DNA of 62,295 bases from Bacillota bacterium (GCA_012735535.1 JAAYHC010000050.1:1-62295); one strand, 5' to 3'. Positions 9,073 through 18,642 are shown, numbered from the stretch's first letter. Numbers and translations: made by a program. The notes: generated by a model not told the origin, from the sequence alone.

Positions 9073-9101
9073 TTAGACGGAAGTGAACCCCAAAAAGTTC
9101 A
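9073..9101 (-). promoter_or_regulatory. autoregulatory ECF promoter
   Basis: TGAACTT-N16-GTCTAA, the classic RpoE-type AAC/CGTC architecture, just upstream of the sigma gene. Confidence 0.75.
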
Positions 9102-9186
9102 GCTGAGAAGCTCGAATTTGCTCGCCCATAAATATTTTGCACAAAATTACTAATACTAGCAGGAAATTGCATAGTGATGGAGTATA

Positions 9187-9205
9187 ATTAGTAATGATTA
9201 CTAAT
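9187..9205. promoter_or_regulatory. Fur/PerR-like operator upstream of rubrerythrin
   Basis: Perfect 9-1-9 palindrome ATTAGTAAT-G-ATTACTAAT overlapping a TATAAT hexamer (9183-9188). Confidence 0.6.
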
Positions 9206-9220
9206 AAATAATATGGAGGT

Positions 9221-9775
9221 ATGGATATGGATTTCAAAGTTCCTGGTTTGGCCGGCACTGAGACCGAAAAGAATCTCAAGGCTGCATTCTCCGGTGAGTC
9301 TCAAGCGCGTAATAAATACACCTATTATGCATCAGTCGCTAAAGCCGAAGGATACGAGCAAATCGCCGCTATTTTCTTAGAGACCGCCGAAAATGAAAGA
9401 GAACACGCAAAAACTGCGTATAAGTTCCTCCAGGGTATCGGCGACACCAAAGCCAACTTACAAGATGCCATCAATGGCGAAAATTACGAGTACACCATCA
9501 TGTACAAGGATTTTGAAGAGGTCGCCAGAAAAGAAGGGTTCCACCAAATCGCCGACTTCTTCCACGAAGTAGCGGAAGTCGAAGAGCAGCATGAGAAACG
9601 TTTTAAAGCTCTGCTGGCCAATCTTGAAAACGGTACCGTCTTTAAGAAAGATACCGTTGTCAAGTGGAAATGCCGTAATTGCGGATACATCCATGAAGGC
9701 ACCACCGCTCCTGAGGTGTGCCCGGCTTGCTTCCATCCGCAATCTCATTATGAGTTGTTGGCTGAGAACTACTAA
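9221..9775 (+). CDS. rbr: rubrerythrin
   Basis: NLKAAFSGESQARNKY, ENEREHA, EEQHEKRF, C-terminal rubredoxin WKCRNCG..CPAC. Confidence 0.96.
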   Translation: MDMDFKVPGLAGTETEKNLKAAFSGESQARNKYTYYASVAKAEGYEQIAAIFLETAENEREHAKTAYKFLQGIGDTKANLQDAINGENYEYTIMYKDFEEVARKEGFHQIADFFHEVAEVEEQHEKRFKALLANLENGTVFKKDTVVKWKCRNCGYIHEGTTAPEVCPACFHPQSHYELLAENY

Positions 9776-9834
9776 GTTTACGCAAAACAACTTACTTAGG
9801 CATATAATAGCCCACCAAAGAGAGGTGGGCTATT

Positions 9835-10746
9835 TTGCTGCATGGTCAAAAACATCCGGCCGACCTTGGCTATGCCGAGATCACGGCCCAGCTGCAAGAA
9901 CTGGCCTCGACCTATGACTGCCAACTCATCAGCATCGGTAAATCGGTACTCGGCTTAGATCTTTGGACGATTCGCCTGGGCACCGGTTCACGCTCCGTTT
10001 ATCTTACCGGGGCCCATCATGCTTGTGAATGGTTAACTGCAACCCTGTTAGTCCGGTTTTGCCGGGCTTACCTCGCAGCAAACCGATCCGACGCGGAGCT
10101 AAGCGGAGTGAGAATTAGCGACCTTTTCCACCGCACCGCCGTCTGGGTGACCCCAATCGTCAACCCGGATGGGGTGTCATTGGCCCGGGATAATCTGCGC
10201 GCGATCCCTGCTCACCTCCAGGCCGATCTAATCAAATGGAACGGCGGCCGTACCGACTTTAGCACCTGGAAAGCCAATATTCGCGGAGTAGACCTTAATC
10301 GCCAGTACCGGGCCGAATGGCACCAAGCCTACCGACGCGGGCCCAAAGCTCCGGCCCCCAAGTATTATGCCGGCCGGTTTCCGGAATCTGAGCCGGAGAG
10401 CCGGGCGGTAGCCAAGTTCATCCGCACACTCGAACCAGCGCTCCTAGTTTGTTACCACTCCCAAGGCGAAGTCATTTACTGGGATTACCGGCGGGAAGCT
10501 CCCGCGAAGGCTAGACGAATTGCGCGGGAGCTCTCCCGGTTATCCGGGTATGCTCTGGTCGCCGCCAATCCCCAGAGCGCCGGCTCCGGAGGGCTGAAAG
10601 ACTGGTTCATTCATGAATTCCGGCGTCCCGGCTTCACAATTGAAGTGGGCCGCGGGATTAATCCACTACCTCCGGCCGCCTTTGACTCCATTTGGCGCCA
10701 GAACCTGCCTTTACTGGCCAGGTTGCCGGCATTCGTGCTAACATGA
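9835..10746 (+). CDS. M14-family gamma-D-glutamyl-meso-DAP peptidase (YqgT/endopeptidase I-like)
   Basis: HACE zinc motif, PIVNPDG, KANIRGVDLNRQY, YHSQGE, FTIEVG. Confidence 0.88.
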   Translation: MLHGQKHPADLGYAEITAQLQELASTYDCQLISIGKSVLGLDLWTIRLGTGSRSVYLTGAHHACEWLTATLLVRFCRAYLAANRSDAELSGVRISDLFHRTAVWVTPIVNPDGVSLARDNLRAIPAHLQADLIKWNGGRTDFSTWKANIRGVDLNRQYRAEWHQAYRRGPKAPAPKYYAGRFPESEPESRAVAKFIRTLEPALLVCYHSQGEVIYWDYRREAPAKARRIARELSRLSGYALVAANPQSAGSGGLKDWFIHEFRRPGFTIEVGRGINPLPPAAFDSIWRQNLPLLARLPAFVLT

Positions 10747-10834
10747 ACCATTCAAAATTATGGGAGGAGGTAGTCGAGTTACTCAGAATAGACTATAATA
10801 TTTACCCAAAAACCAGAATGGAGGAAGTTGCATC

Positions 10835-12007
10835 ATGTACCGCTCTGACCGGCTGAAACAAGTTTCCGGTACCATTTTTGCGCTTGTCGCAGCTCGGAAG
10901 CGCGAGTTGGAAGCAGCAGGCCGCCACATTATTGATCTAAGCATCGGCAGCCCGGATTTACCCCCTGCTCCGCATATTATCGAAAGACTGCGCCACGAAG
11001 TTGCCGACCCGAACAATTATGGCTACACGATCCAGTGTTCTGCCGAGTTCAACCAGGCGGTCGCTTATTGGTATGCACAGCGTTTCGGAGTGACGTTAAA
11101 CCCGGCCACCGAAGTTTTGGGGCTTTTGGGCTCACAAGAGGGTTTGGCCAACATCTGCTTGGCCTTGTTAAATCCCGGGGATTTGGTGCTCGTACCGGAC
11201 CCGGCCTATCCGATCTACCAAGCCGGACCGCAATTGGCCGGTGCCGAGATTTATCGCCTGCCGCTGACCGCCGAGAACAATTACATCCCGCAGCTGGACC
11301 GGATCCCGCCGGAAGTTTGTGCGCGGGCCAAGCTGATCATCCTGAACTTCCCCTCGAACCCACTCGCCGCTACGGTCGAGCTTGATTTCTTCTATGAGCT
11401 GGTCGAGTTTGCCCGCCGGCACTCGATCCTCATCCTGCATGACGCAGCCTACTCCGAACTGGCTTTTGACGGCTTCCGCCCGCCAAGTCTGCTGCAAGTG
11501 CCCGGGGCCAAAGAGATCGGGGTGGAAATGAACTCACTCTCCAAGACTTTTAACCTCGCCGGCTGCCGGATGGCGTATGCCGTCGGCAACCCGCTCATGC
11601 TGCAAGCTTTGGCGGAGATGAAAAGCCATTCCGATTATGGACCCTTTGAACCGGTGCAAAGAGCTGCCATCGCCGCCCTCACCGGTCCGCAGGATTATGT
11701 GCGGCAAACGGCGCTGATCTATCAACGACGACGTGATTTGCTGGTCTCCGGTCTTAATGCGCTGGGCTGGTCGGTCAATAAATCGAAGGCAACGATGTTT
11801 TTATGGGCGAAAGTCCCCGAGGGCCAGGATGACCACCATTTCACCTTCCAACTGATGGAGAAAGCCGGCGTCGCGGTCATCCCCGGTTCCGGTTTCGGCG
11901 AATACGGGCGCGGATATGTCCGGATCGGACTGGTCCAGGACGAAGAGTTACTTCAAGAAGCTGTCCGCCGGATTGCCGCCAGTGGCCTGATCCGCGCAGC
12001 ATCGTAG
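10835..12007 (+). CDS. dapL: class I/II PLP aminotransferase, LL-diaminopimelate aminotransferase-like
   Basis: DLSIGSPD, PDPAYPIY, LNFPSNP, HDAAYSEL, SLSKTFNLAGCR; substrate not provable from sequence. Confidence 0.7.
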   Translation: MYRSDRLKQVSGTIFALVAARKRELEAAGRHIIDLSIGSPDLPPAPHIIERLRHEVADPNNYGYTIQCSAEFNQAVAYWYAQRFGVTLNPATEVLGLLGSQEGLANICLALLNPGDLVLVPDPAYPIYQAGPQLAGAEIYRLPLTAENNYIPQLDRIPPEVCARAKLIILNFPSNPLAATVELDFFYELVEFARRHSILILHDAAYSELAFDGFRPPSLLQVPGAKEIGVEMNSLSKTFNLAGCRMAYAVGNPLMLQALAEMKSHSDYGPFEPVQRAAIAALTGPQDYVRQTALIYQRRRDLLVSGLNALGWSVNKSKATMFLWAKVPEGQDDHHFTFQLMEKAGVAVIPGSGFGEYGRGYVRIGLVQDEELLQEAVRRIAASGLIRAAS

Positions 12008-12025
12008 GTAAACTCACCCGGCTTA

Positions 12026-12056
12026 GCACATAGTCCCCCCCGCGTAGCGATACACT
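12026..12056 (+). promoter_or_regulatory. putative sigma-E (mother-cell) promoter of glgA
   Basis: gcacATA-N16-gATACACT resembles ATA-N16-cATAcanT. Confidence 0.45.
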
Positions 12057-12087
12057 AAGATGAAGTCGCACAAGGGGGGTCTGTTTT

Positions 12088-13575
12088 GTGTTCGATCGCA
12101 AACTGAAAATCCTGCTTGTTTCACCGGAAGTAGCGCCTTTGGCCAAAGTTGGCGGTTTGGCCGATGTGGCCGGCTCGCTACCCAAAGCCCTGGCTACGCT
12201 AGGCGAAGGTGAACTGGCGCCCGATATCCGAGTGGCCTTACCCAAATATCGTCAAATCACCGGAGGCCGTTATCTGACTGATTTCCCGGTTAGCATCGGC
12301 GGCACGGTCCAGACTGCTATCATCAGGGCCACGAGTTTACCGGCCAAGTATCAGAACTATCAAGCGCAAGTCCCGGTCTATCTCGTCGACAATCATCACT
12401 TCTTCGACCGTGAGGGGATCTACGCTCACCCTGATGATGCACTCCGCTTTAGCTTCTTCTGCCAGGCCGTTTTAAAGATGCTGCCCCAACTGGACTTCAA
12501 ACCCGATCTGATCCACTGCAACGATTGGCAATCGGCCCTCATTCCGTATTATCTACATGAACTAGCTGAAGAGAATGATTTCTACGCCCATATCGCCACT
12601 GTACTCACCATCCACAACCTGCAGTATCAGGGTGTTTTTCCACCGGAAGTCCTGGCGGAACTGGGCATCCCCGCTGAGTTATTTACCCCGGAAGGTTTCG
12701 AGTTCTACGGCCGGTTTAATTTCCTCAAAGTCGGCCTCGTCTACAGCGATCTGATCAACACCGTCAGTCGGACTTATGCCCGCGAGATCCTCACCCCCGA
12801 GTACGGTGCCGGGCTGGATGGACTCTTGCGCCGGCGCCAAGAAGATCTGACCGGAATCGTCAACGGCATCAACTATCACGAGTTTAACCCGGAAACCGAC
12901 CCGCGAATTGTCCAAAACTATTCCGCACAAACACCGGAGTTAAAGAAACGAAACAAGCCGGCTTTGCAGCACGAAGTCGGTCTGCCCCTTCGCGAGCTCC
13001 CGGTTTTCGGCTTAGTATCTCGATTGGTTTCACAAAAAGGACTCGATCTCTTGCCACCGATTATTGATCGGCTCCTCGCCGAAGAGGTACAGCTAATTTT
13101 TCTTGGAGAAGGCGATCCTTATTACGAAACAATGCTCAAAGACTTCGCCCGCCAATATCCGGACAAGGTTTCCACGACCATCGCCTTCAATCCGATTCTG
13201 GCCCAACGGATCTATGCCGGGGCAGATCTGTTCCTAATGCCTTCGGCCTTTGAACCTTGTGGCTTGGGTCAATTAATCAGTTTGCGCTACGGCACGATCC
13301 CGATTGTTCGCGCCACCGGCGGTTTGGCCGATACCATACGCGACTATACCCAGAACCCCACCTATGGTAACGGCTTTGTCTTTACGGAATATACCCCGGA
13401 GGCCTTGTGGGATGCCATCAAGCGGGCCCTCCGCGTCTATCGCGACCGCCCGGGTGAATGGGCAGAGCTGGTCAGACAGGCCATGCTCCAAGACTTTTCT
13501 TGGGCTAAGTCAAGCGCAGCCTATCTCGAGTTGTACCAACGGGCCTTGGCCAAACGCTGTGTTCCGGCTAATTAA
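12088..13575 (+). CDS. glgA: glycogen synthase
   Basis: KVGGLADV, IHCNDWQ, TIHNLQYQG, SRLVSQKG, PSAFEPCGLGQ. Confidence 0.96.
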   Translation: MFDRKLKILLVSPEVAPLAKVGGLADVAGSLPKALATLGEGELAPDIRVALPKYRQITGGRYLTDFPVSIGGTVQTAIIRATSLPAKYQNYQAQVPVYLVDNHHFFDREGIYAHPDDALRFSFFCQAVLKMLPQLDFKPDLIHCNDWQSALIPYYLHELAEENDFYAHIATVLTIHNLQYQGVFPPEVLAELGIPAELFTPEGFEFYGRFNFLKVGLVYSDLINTVSRTYAREILTPEYGAGLDGLLRRRQEDLTGIVNGINYHEFNPETDPRIVQNYSAQTPELKKRNKPALQHEVGLPLRELPVFGLVSRLVSQKGLDLLPPIIDRLLAEEVQLIFLGEGDPYYETMLKDFARQYPDKVSTTIAFNPILAQRIYAGADLFLMPSAFEPCGLGQLISLRYGTIPIVRATGGLADTIRDYTQNPTYGNGFVFTEYTPEALWDAIKRALRVYRDRPGEWAELVRQAMLQDFSWAKSSAAYLELYQRALAKRCVPAN

Positions 13576-13942
13576 CATCTTTAGCCCTCGGATTGAACTT
13601 CGGGATCGGCCCTTCTTGGTGCGTGACGATCGGTTCACGGTGCCGGGCCGGGCCATGGTAGATCCGGCTCATCACGATGGCTTCGGTAGGACAAACTTCG
13701 ACGCACATCCCGCAAACGATACAGCGATATTGATCGACACTCCAGGTCTGCTCTTTTCGGTTGACCACAAGACAGTTGGCCGGACAAGCTGCTTGGCATT
13801 TCAAACAGAAAATGCACCGCTCGATCAGACTTTCTATGCGCCCCCGGTAGGTTGGAAAAGGCTCACGCCGCTTGGCCGGATATTCGCGGGTAGCCGGTTT
13901 GGCAACGAGATTCTGCAGGACTGTCGCTAACATCTCAAACAC
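13568..13942 (-). CDS. echF: Ech hydrogenase 2x[4Fe-4S] subunit
   Basis: KPATREYP, CIFCLKCQAACP and CIVCGMCVEVCP. Confidence 0.92.
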   Translation of the reverse strand: MFEMLATVLQNLVAKPATREYPAKRREPFPTYRGRIESLIERCIFCLKCQAACPANCLVVNRKEQTWSVDQYRCIVCGMCVEVCPTEAIVMSRIYHGPARHREPIVTHQEGPIPKFNPRAKDVN

Positions 13943-13954
13943 TGTTCGTCCCTC

Positions 13955-15034
13955 CTAACGCTCGACACAGGCGATACAGGTATCGATGGACAGGGTTATC
14001 AGCGGCACATCGGCCAGCCGGGCTCCTTTAACCATATGCACAAGCGGCGGCAGGTTGCTGAGGGTCGGAGTGCGAATTCGCCACCGCGCGAGGCTCTTGT
14101 CTCCACCGGCCTTGAGGTAATAAAGCAGTTCCCCGCGTGGTTGCTCAATGCGCATAATCACCTCCCCCTCAGGCCGGCCTTTGACCTTGACCAAGACTTC
14201 CCCGGGGGGTAATTTGGCGATCGCCTTGCGAATCAACTCAATCGATTGAAAACACTCCTTAACCCGGACCAGCATCCGGCCGTAGCTATCACAACTGGTT
14301 TCGACTACCGGCTGAAAATCCAACTCCCCGTAGGCGGCGTAACCCAACAAACGCATATCTTCAGCGATGCCGCTCCCACGCGCCGTCGGTCCGACCGCCC
14401 CCAACTTGATGGCATCTGCTTTGCTCAAGAGGCCCACCCCGACGGTGCGCTGTTTGATTAAGGGATCATCACTAAATACCGGATAAATATCGTTTAAGGC
14501 TTGCTCCAAGTGCTCGAGCTTGTGCAGCAGAAATTCCAGACTTTCGGCGTGGAGATCGCGTTTCGTACCGCCGATCGTTATCGATCCGGTCATAATCCGC
14601 GAGCCCTCAGTAAACTCGATCATCTCTAAAACAACTTCCCTGGCTCGCCAGGTTTGCATGAACAGGCTCTCGTAGCCAATGGCGTCAGCGGCCAGCCCCA
14701 TCCAGAGCAGATGGCTCTGCAAGCGGCCCAGCTCAGCCCAGATCGTGCGCAGATATTTCGCCCGCGGCGGTACCTCGATTCCCATCAGTTCCTCAATCGC
14801 CTGCGCATAAGCCAGCGTATGCATCACACTGCAAATGCCACAGATCCGCTCCGCCAGATACAGTGTCTTAGTAAAGTCTTTGACCGTAGCCAACTGCTCG
14901 ATGCCCCGATGCATATACCCTAATGCGGGGATCGCATCAACCACCCGCTCTTCCTCCAGTATCAAGCGGAACTGAATAGGTTCGGGGAAGACGACATGCT
15001 GGGGGCCAAAAGGGATTACCGTTCTCCTCTTCAC
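13955..15034 (-). CDS. echE: Ech group-4 [NiFe] hydrogenase large subunit
   Basis: GPQH..PEP, HRGIE, L1 ERICGIC, EQPRGE, C-terminal DTCIACVER with no cleavable extension. Confidence 0.93.
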   Translation of the reverse strand: MKRRTVIPFGPQHVVFPEPIQFRLILEEERVVDAIPALGYMHRGIEQLATVKDFTKTLYLAERICGICSVMHTLAYAQAIEELMGIEVPPRAKYLRTIWAELGRLQSHLLWMGLAADAIGYESLFMQTWRAREVVLEMIEFTEGSRIMTGSITIGGTKRDLHAESLEFLLHKLEHLEQALNDIYPVFSDDPLIKQRTVGVGLLSKADAIKLGAVGPTARGSGIAEDMRLLGYAAYGELDFQPVVETSCDSYGRMLVRVKECFQSIELIRKAIAKLPPGEVLVKVKGRPEGEVIMRIEQPRGELLYYLKAGGDKSLARWRIRTPTLSNLPPLVHMVKGARLADVPLITLSIDTCIACVER

Positions 15035-15414
15035 TCCGGCAACACCTCTGTACCGCTGGCAGCTGCCGCCCTCGGAGCCAACGGAGTCTTCACCGGTGTG
15101 AGCTCGGAAAGGATGAAGAGTTGGCGGTAGTTTATCGGCAGATTCGCAATCTTGATCCCATGAAAATCCTTCAGCTCGTTTTCCGGAACAAAAGCGCAGA
15201 AATAAAAGGGAGTAATGCTCGGCACCTCTTGCTCATAACCGATGCTAAAACGCAGATTCAGCATGGTCATACCCTGCGCGAAATGATAGATCAGGTCAAA
15301 GCCTCCGGCGATCTCGGTAGCCGTGATGCTGAGCAAGCGATAATTATCCCGTGCTAATTCCTGAACCGTTTCGAGCAGATCATCCTTGCTGATCAGGCGC
15401 ACGTTGGTGAGCAT
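15031..15414 (-). CDS. echD: Ech subunit D (NuoC-like)
   Basis: DLIYHF, VPSITPFYFCAFVPENELKDFHGI; operon position. Confidence 0.85.
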   Translation of the reverse strand: MLTNVRLISKDDLLETVQELARDNYRLLSITATEIAGGFDLIYHFAQGMTMLNLRFSIGYEQEVPSITPFYFCAFVPENELKDFHGIKIANLPINYRQLFILSELTPVKTPLAPRAAAASGTEVLPE

Positions 15415-15850
15415 GCTGATCCCTCCTTCTTGTCTCGGCTAACAGATCCGCCGCTGTTAGCAAGGCATCGATGATCGCCTCCGGCCTAGCCGCACAATTG
15501 GGAAGATAGAGATCGACCGGTACGACCTTGTCGGCACCCGGCGCCAAGTTGTATCCGTCATGAAAGATCCCGCCGGTACAGGCACAGACCCCGACCGCGA
15601 CCACAACCTTGGGCTCGCTCATCTGTTCGTACAGGTTACGGAGCACCCGGCCGGAACGCGCGTTCACACACCCGGTAACAACCAGAATATCGGCGTGTTT
15701 GGGGTTGCCGGTATTAAGCATCCCAAATCGCTCCAGATCATACAGTGGGGTCAGCGCCGCAACGAACTCGATCGCACACCCGTTACAGCCTCCGGTTTCG
15801 TAATGCAACAACCAGGGCGAACGTTTTCTCGCTGAGCTTACCCAAGCCAT
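15380..15850 (-). CDS. echC: Ech small [4Fe-4S] subunit (NuoB-like)
   Basis: RKSPWLLHY, CNGC, YDLERFG, NPKHADILVVTG, VAVGVCACTGG, CAARPEAII. Confidence 0.93.
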   Translation of the reverse strand: MAWVSSARKRSPWLLHYETGGCNGCAIEFVAALTPLYDLERFGMLNTGNPKHADILVVTGCVNARSGRVLRNLYEQMSEPKVVVAVGVCACTGGIFHDGYNLAPGADKVVPVDLYLPNCAARPEAIIDALLTAADLLAETRRRDQHAHQRAPDQQG

Positions 15851-15859
15851 GCAGACCAC

Positions 15860-16723
15860 CTATTTCCAAAGATATAACCAGGCCACATTAACCACCGCCA
15901 GCCCCAAGCCAACCTTCCAGACAAACTTGACCATCCAGGAGTAGGTAACGCGGGGGGTGATATTATCGATCACGGTTACGGCGAAGAAGAAGATCGCGGC
16001 CAACAGCAGCCCACCTACCCAATTGGTAGCCCAAAACAAGCTGACCAGGGCTAATAAGAAGACAAGCTCATACCAGCTGGCGAGCTCGATCAGGGCCAGG
16101 TATGGACCGGAGTACTCGGTGATGATTCCTTTTACCAACTCCTGGTGCGGTTCGTGCAACTGAGTAGCCAGATCAAAAGGGGACTTACGCACCTTGATGA
16201 TGAATACCGGTAAAAATGAGATCAGCACCAACGGCAAGGTAAAAAGTAAAGGTTGCTCCAGGCTCCGGGCCTGGCTAACCATGAAACTGCCGGTAACCTG
16301 GTAGTAGGCGATCACCAACAAAACCAGAATCGGCTCATACGTCACGAGTTGAATAATCTCGCGTTGGCTGCCGATCCGACTATAGGGAGAATCAACACTC
16401 AAACCGCCCAAGATCAAAGCAACCGTCGCAAACGAAAAAATGAATAAGATCAGCAAGAGATCCTGGCCGAGTAAGAAGGCCAAGAGACTGGTGACCATAA
16501 AAAACAGATGGGCATAAACATAAACAATTTGAATCCGATTAGCCGCCTGGGGCCGTTTATGCCACAACTTAACCAGGTCATAAAAGGGTTGGGTGAGCGG
16601 TGGACCCACCCTCCCCTGCAAACGCGCGATCACCTTACGTTCAAGTCCGGTCAACAACCCACCCACTACCGGTGCGAGCAAAAAGGTCGCCAGGATAATG
16701 CCAAGACCGGCCGGATAGCTCAT
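15860..16723 (-). CDS. echB: Ech membrane subunit B (NuoH-like)
   Basis: GLERKVIARLQGRVGPPLTQPFYDLVKL, SPFDL..H..QELVKG..TEYSG. Confidence 0.92.
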   Translation of the reverse strand: MSYPAGLGIILATFLLAPVVGGLLTGLERKVIARLQGRVGPPLTQPFYDLVKLWHKRPQAANRIQIVYVYAHLFFMVTSLLAFLLGQDLLLILFIFSFATVALILGGLSVDSPYSRIGSQREIIQLVTYEPILVLLVIAYYQVTGSFMVSQARSLEQPLLFTLPLVLISFLPVFIIKVRKSPFDLATQLHEPHQELVKGIITEYSGPYLALIELASWYELVFLLALVSLFWATNWVGGLLLAAIFFFAVTVIDNITPRVTYSWMVKFVWKVGLGLAVVNVAWLYLWK

Positions 16724-18642
16724 CTGGCCACCCCCAGAAGCAACAAGAGCAAACCGGTGGCTAAGGGGACCGCCCAGCGCGTGACCGCTCCTTCGCCAAA
16801 GATGGCCTCAGCATAATAGTTACCGACGGTAGCGGTAAACTCAGAATCGCGTGCCGAAACAAAAGTCCGCCCAGGCTCCTGCCGGCTATTCTCCCCGCAT
16901 AAATACGGGCCGGTGATATCTTGCGCGCGCAGCCGGCGTAAAATACCGGGAAGGCCAAGTAACAAGATGGCCAAGACCGCAAAGATCGGCCAAGGCAAAA
17001 AACCGCCCACCGGGGTGTACAGGCCGCCACTTTCGCTATACACCGGCACCACGCTATAATGCAGACCAACCACCGGGAGAACGAAAAACTCGCTGACCCA
17101 GCTGAGATAAAAGCTAGCTAAGACCACCACAACCGCTAAAATTGACAGTGGTAGCCCGGTCAACAGGGGCACCGCCTCAAATCTGATCATCGTTCCGCCG
17201 ACCAGAGCCGAGGTAGCCATCATCTTACCCACCCACTTGGACCAGAACGCGACGGTAAAAGCACTGCCGAAAATGATCAATAGCAGCACCAGCGGTTCAT
17301 TGACACTAGCCTCGATCGCCAGCCATTTGCCGACCAAGACCCCAAAAGGCGGCATCATCATGCTGATCATCCCCACAACCGCCAACAATGTGGTTACCGG
17401 CAGTTCTTCAAACAGGCGGTCCATTTTCTCAATTTGCCGGCTGCCGATGGCGTGTTCAATAGCGCCAACGGCCAAAAAAAGCAATCCTTTGGAGATCGCG
17501 TGGTAAATCAGAAGCAAGAGCCCGGCCGTCAAAGCAAGGGGATTGCCTAAAGCACCCATACAAATCGCCAGCCCGAGATTGGCGACTGTCGAAAAGGCCA
17601 GCACGCGCTTGGCATTCCCTTCGCCAATGCCCATCGCTGAAGCCGCGACAAAACTGACCGCCCCGAGCAGAGCGGTGACCTCACCCAGAAGCGTACCACC
17701 GAGAGCTGGGGACAAGCGAAAGATCAGATAGAGCGCGCTATTGACCATCGTACTGGAATGCAACAGAGCGGATACGGGTGTCGGCGCCACCATGGCGCCT
17801 AAAAGCCAAGTATGAAAGGGGATCTGGGCGGCTTTGGTCAAGGCCGCGATCACCAAAAGGCCCAACGCCAGCATCAAACGGGAGTCGGTCGCGGCAAAAT
17901 TGACCAAATCCGAGAGGGAGGCACTCTGCCGGATCGTCCCCAAGAGGGCGATCGCTCCCAGCAGAGCAGTACCCCCCAGCAGGTTCATCCAGAGAGCCCG
18001 CAAGGAATTCTCGAGAGCCTCGGAGTTCTTGTAATGCGAAATCAACAGGAAACTGGCGAGAGTGGTTATCTCCCAAAAGAGGTAGACAAAGCGCAGATTA
18101 TCCGTGCTAACCAAGCCGTTCATGGCACCGAGAAAGATCAGCAAGATCGCAAAAAAGCGCGCTAGACCGTGGTGCGGACGATCTTCGTCCGCCTCCAAAT
18201 CAGCCATGTATTTAGTTGCAAAGATAATAATCAGCGATCCCAAAAAAGTAACGATAATATTCAGGATAATCGTCAACTGATCAACCAGCATGGTATCGCT
18301 AGCTGTCCCGGGCACCGCCACCGCCAACCAACCGACCAGCATCAGTTGGAGCAAGGCCAAAAAGAGCACCGAGGACCTCTGCCAGCGCCAACCCACATAG
18401 GCGGCATAGCCCAGCAGCGCCAAATCAAGCACCACAAACAGATGCTCGACCAGCTCCTCCACCGCCGGCGCCAGGCTCACGCGGAAGGGGGCCTCACCGA
18501 TCAGCCCGGCAGTGGTAGCGACTAGCACCATAGTATTTAGGCCGATGAGTGCAGAACGCAGGGCCCGACTGGGAATCAACCAAATCAGGAGCCCGGCAAG
18601 CACCGGAAGGCAAACAGCCCCGACGACAAGGAGAGCGGGCAA
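16720..18642 (-). CDS. echA: Ech membrane antiporter-like subunit A (NuoL-like)
   Basis: FWEITTLASFLLI, TKAAQIPFHTWLLGAMVAPTPVSALLHSSTMV; TTG 18642 follows SD GGAGGT (ORF track start 18669). Confidence 0.92.
   Translation of the reverse strand: MPALLVVGAVCLPVLAGLLIWLIPSRALRSALIGLNTMVLVATTAGLIGEAPFRVSLAPAVEELVEHLFVVLDLALLGYAAYVGWRWQRSSVLFLALLQLMLVGWLAVAVPGTASDTMLVDQLTIILNIIVTFLGSLIIIFATKYMADLEADEDRPHHGLARFFAILLIFLGAMNGLVSTDNLRFVYLFWEITTLASFLLISHYKNSEALENSLRALWMNLLGGTALLGAIALLGTIRQSASLSDLVNFAATDSRLMLALGLLVIAALTKAAQIPFHTWLLGAMVAPTPVSALLHSSTMVNSALYLIFRLSPALGGTLLGEVTALLGAVSFVAASAMGIGEGNAKRVLAFSTVANLGLAICMGALGNPLALTAGLLLLIYHAISKGLLFLAVGAIEHAIGSRQIEKMDRLFEELPVTTLLAVVGMISMMMPPFGVLVGKWLAIEASVNEPLVLLLIIFGSAFTVAFWSKWVGKMMATSALVGGTMIRFEAVPLLTGLPLSILAVVVVLASFYLSWVSEFFVLPVVGLHYSVVPVYSESGGLYTPVGGFLPWPIFAVLAILLLGLPGILRRLRAQDITGPYLCGENSRQEPGRTFVSARDSEFTATVGNYYAEAIFGEGAVTRWAVPLATGLLLLLLGVAR

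Noticed and set aside
9801-9809. CATATAATA sigma-K/E-like -10 before the M14 peptidase
   Set aside because: No matching -35 at the right spacing, so not called as a feature
10762-10770. Strong SD-like GGGAGGAGG between the M14 peptidase and the aminotransferase
   Set aside because: No start codon at a usable spacing; the dapL-like gene has its own SD
13304-13930. 208-aa plus-strand ORF spanning the glgA end and antisense to echF
   Set aside because: Overlaps two well-supported genes; no SD or motif
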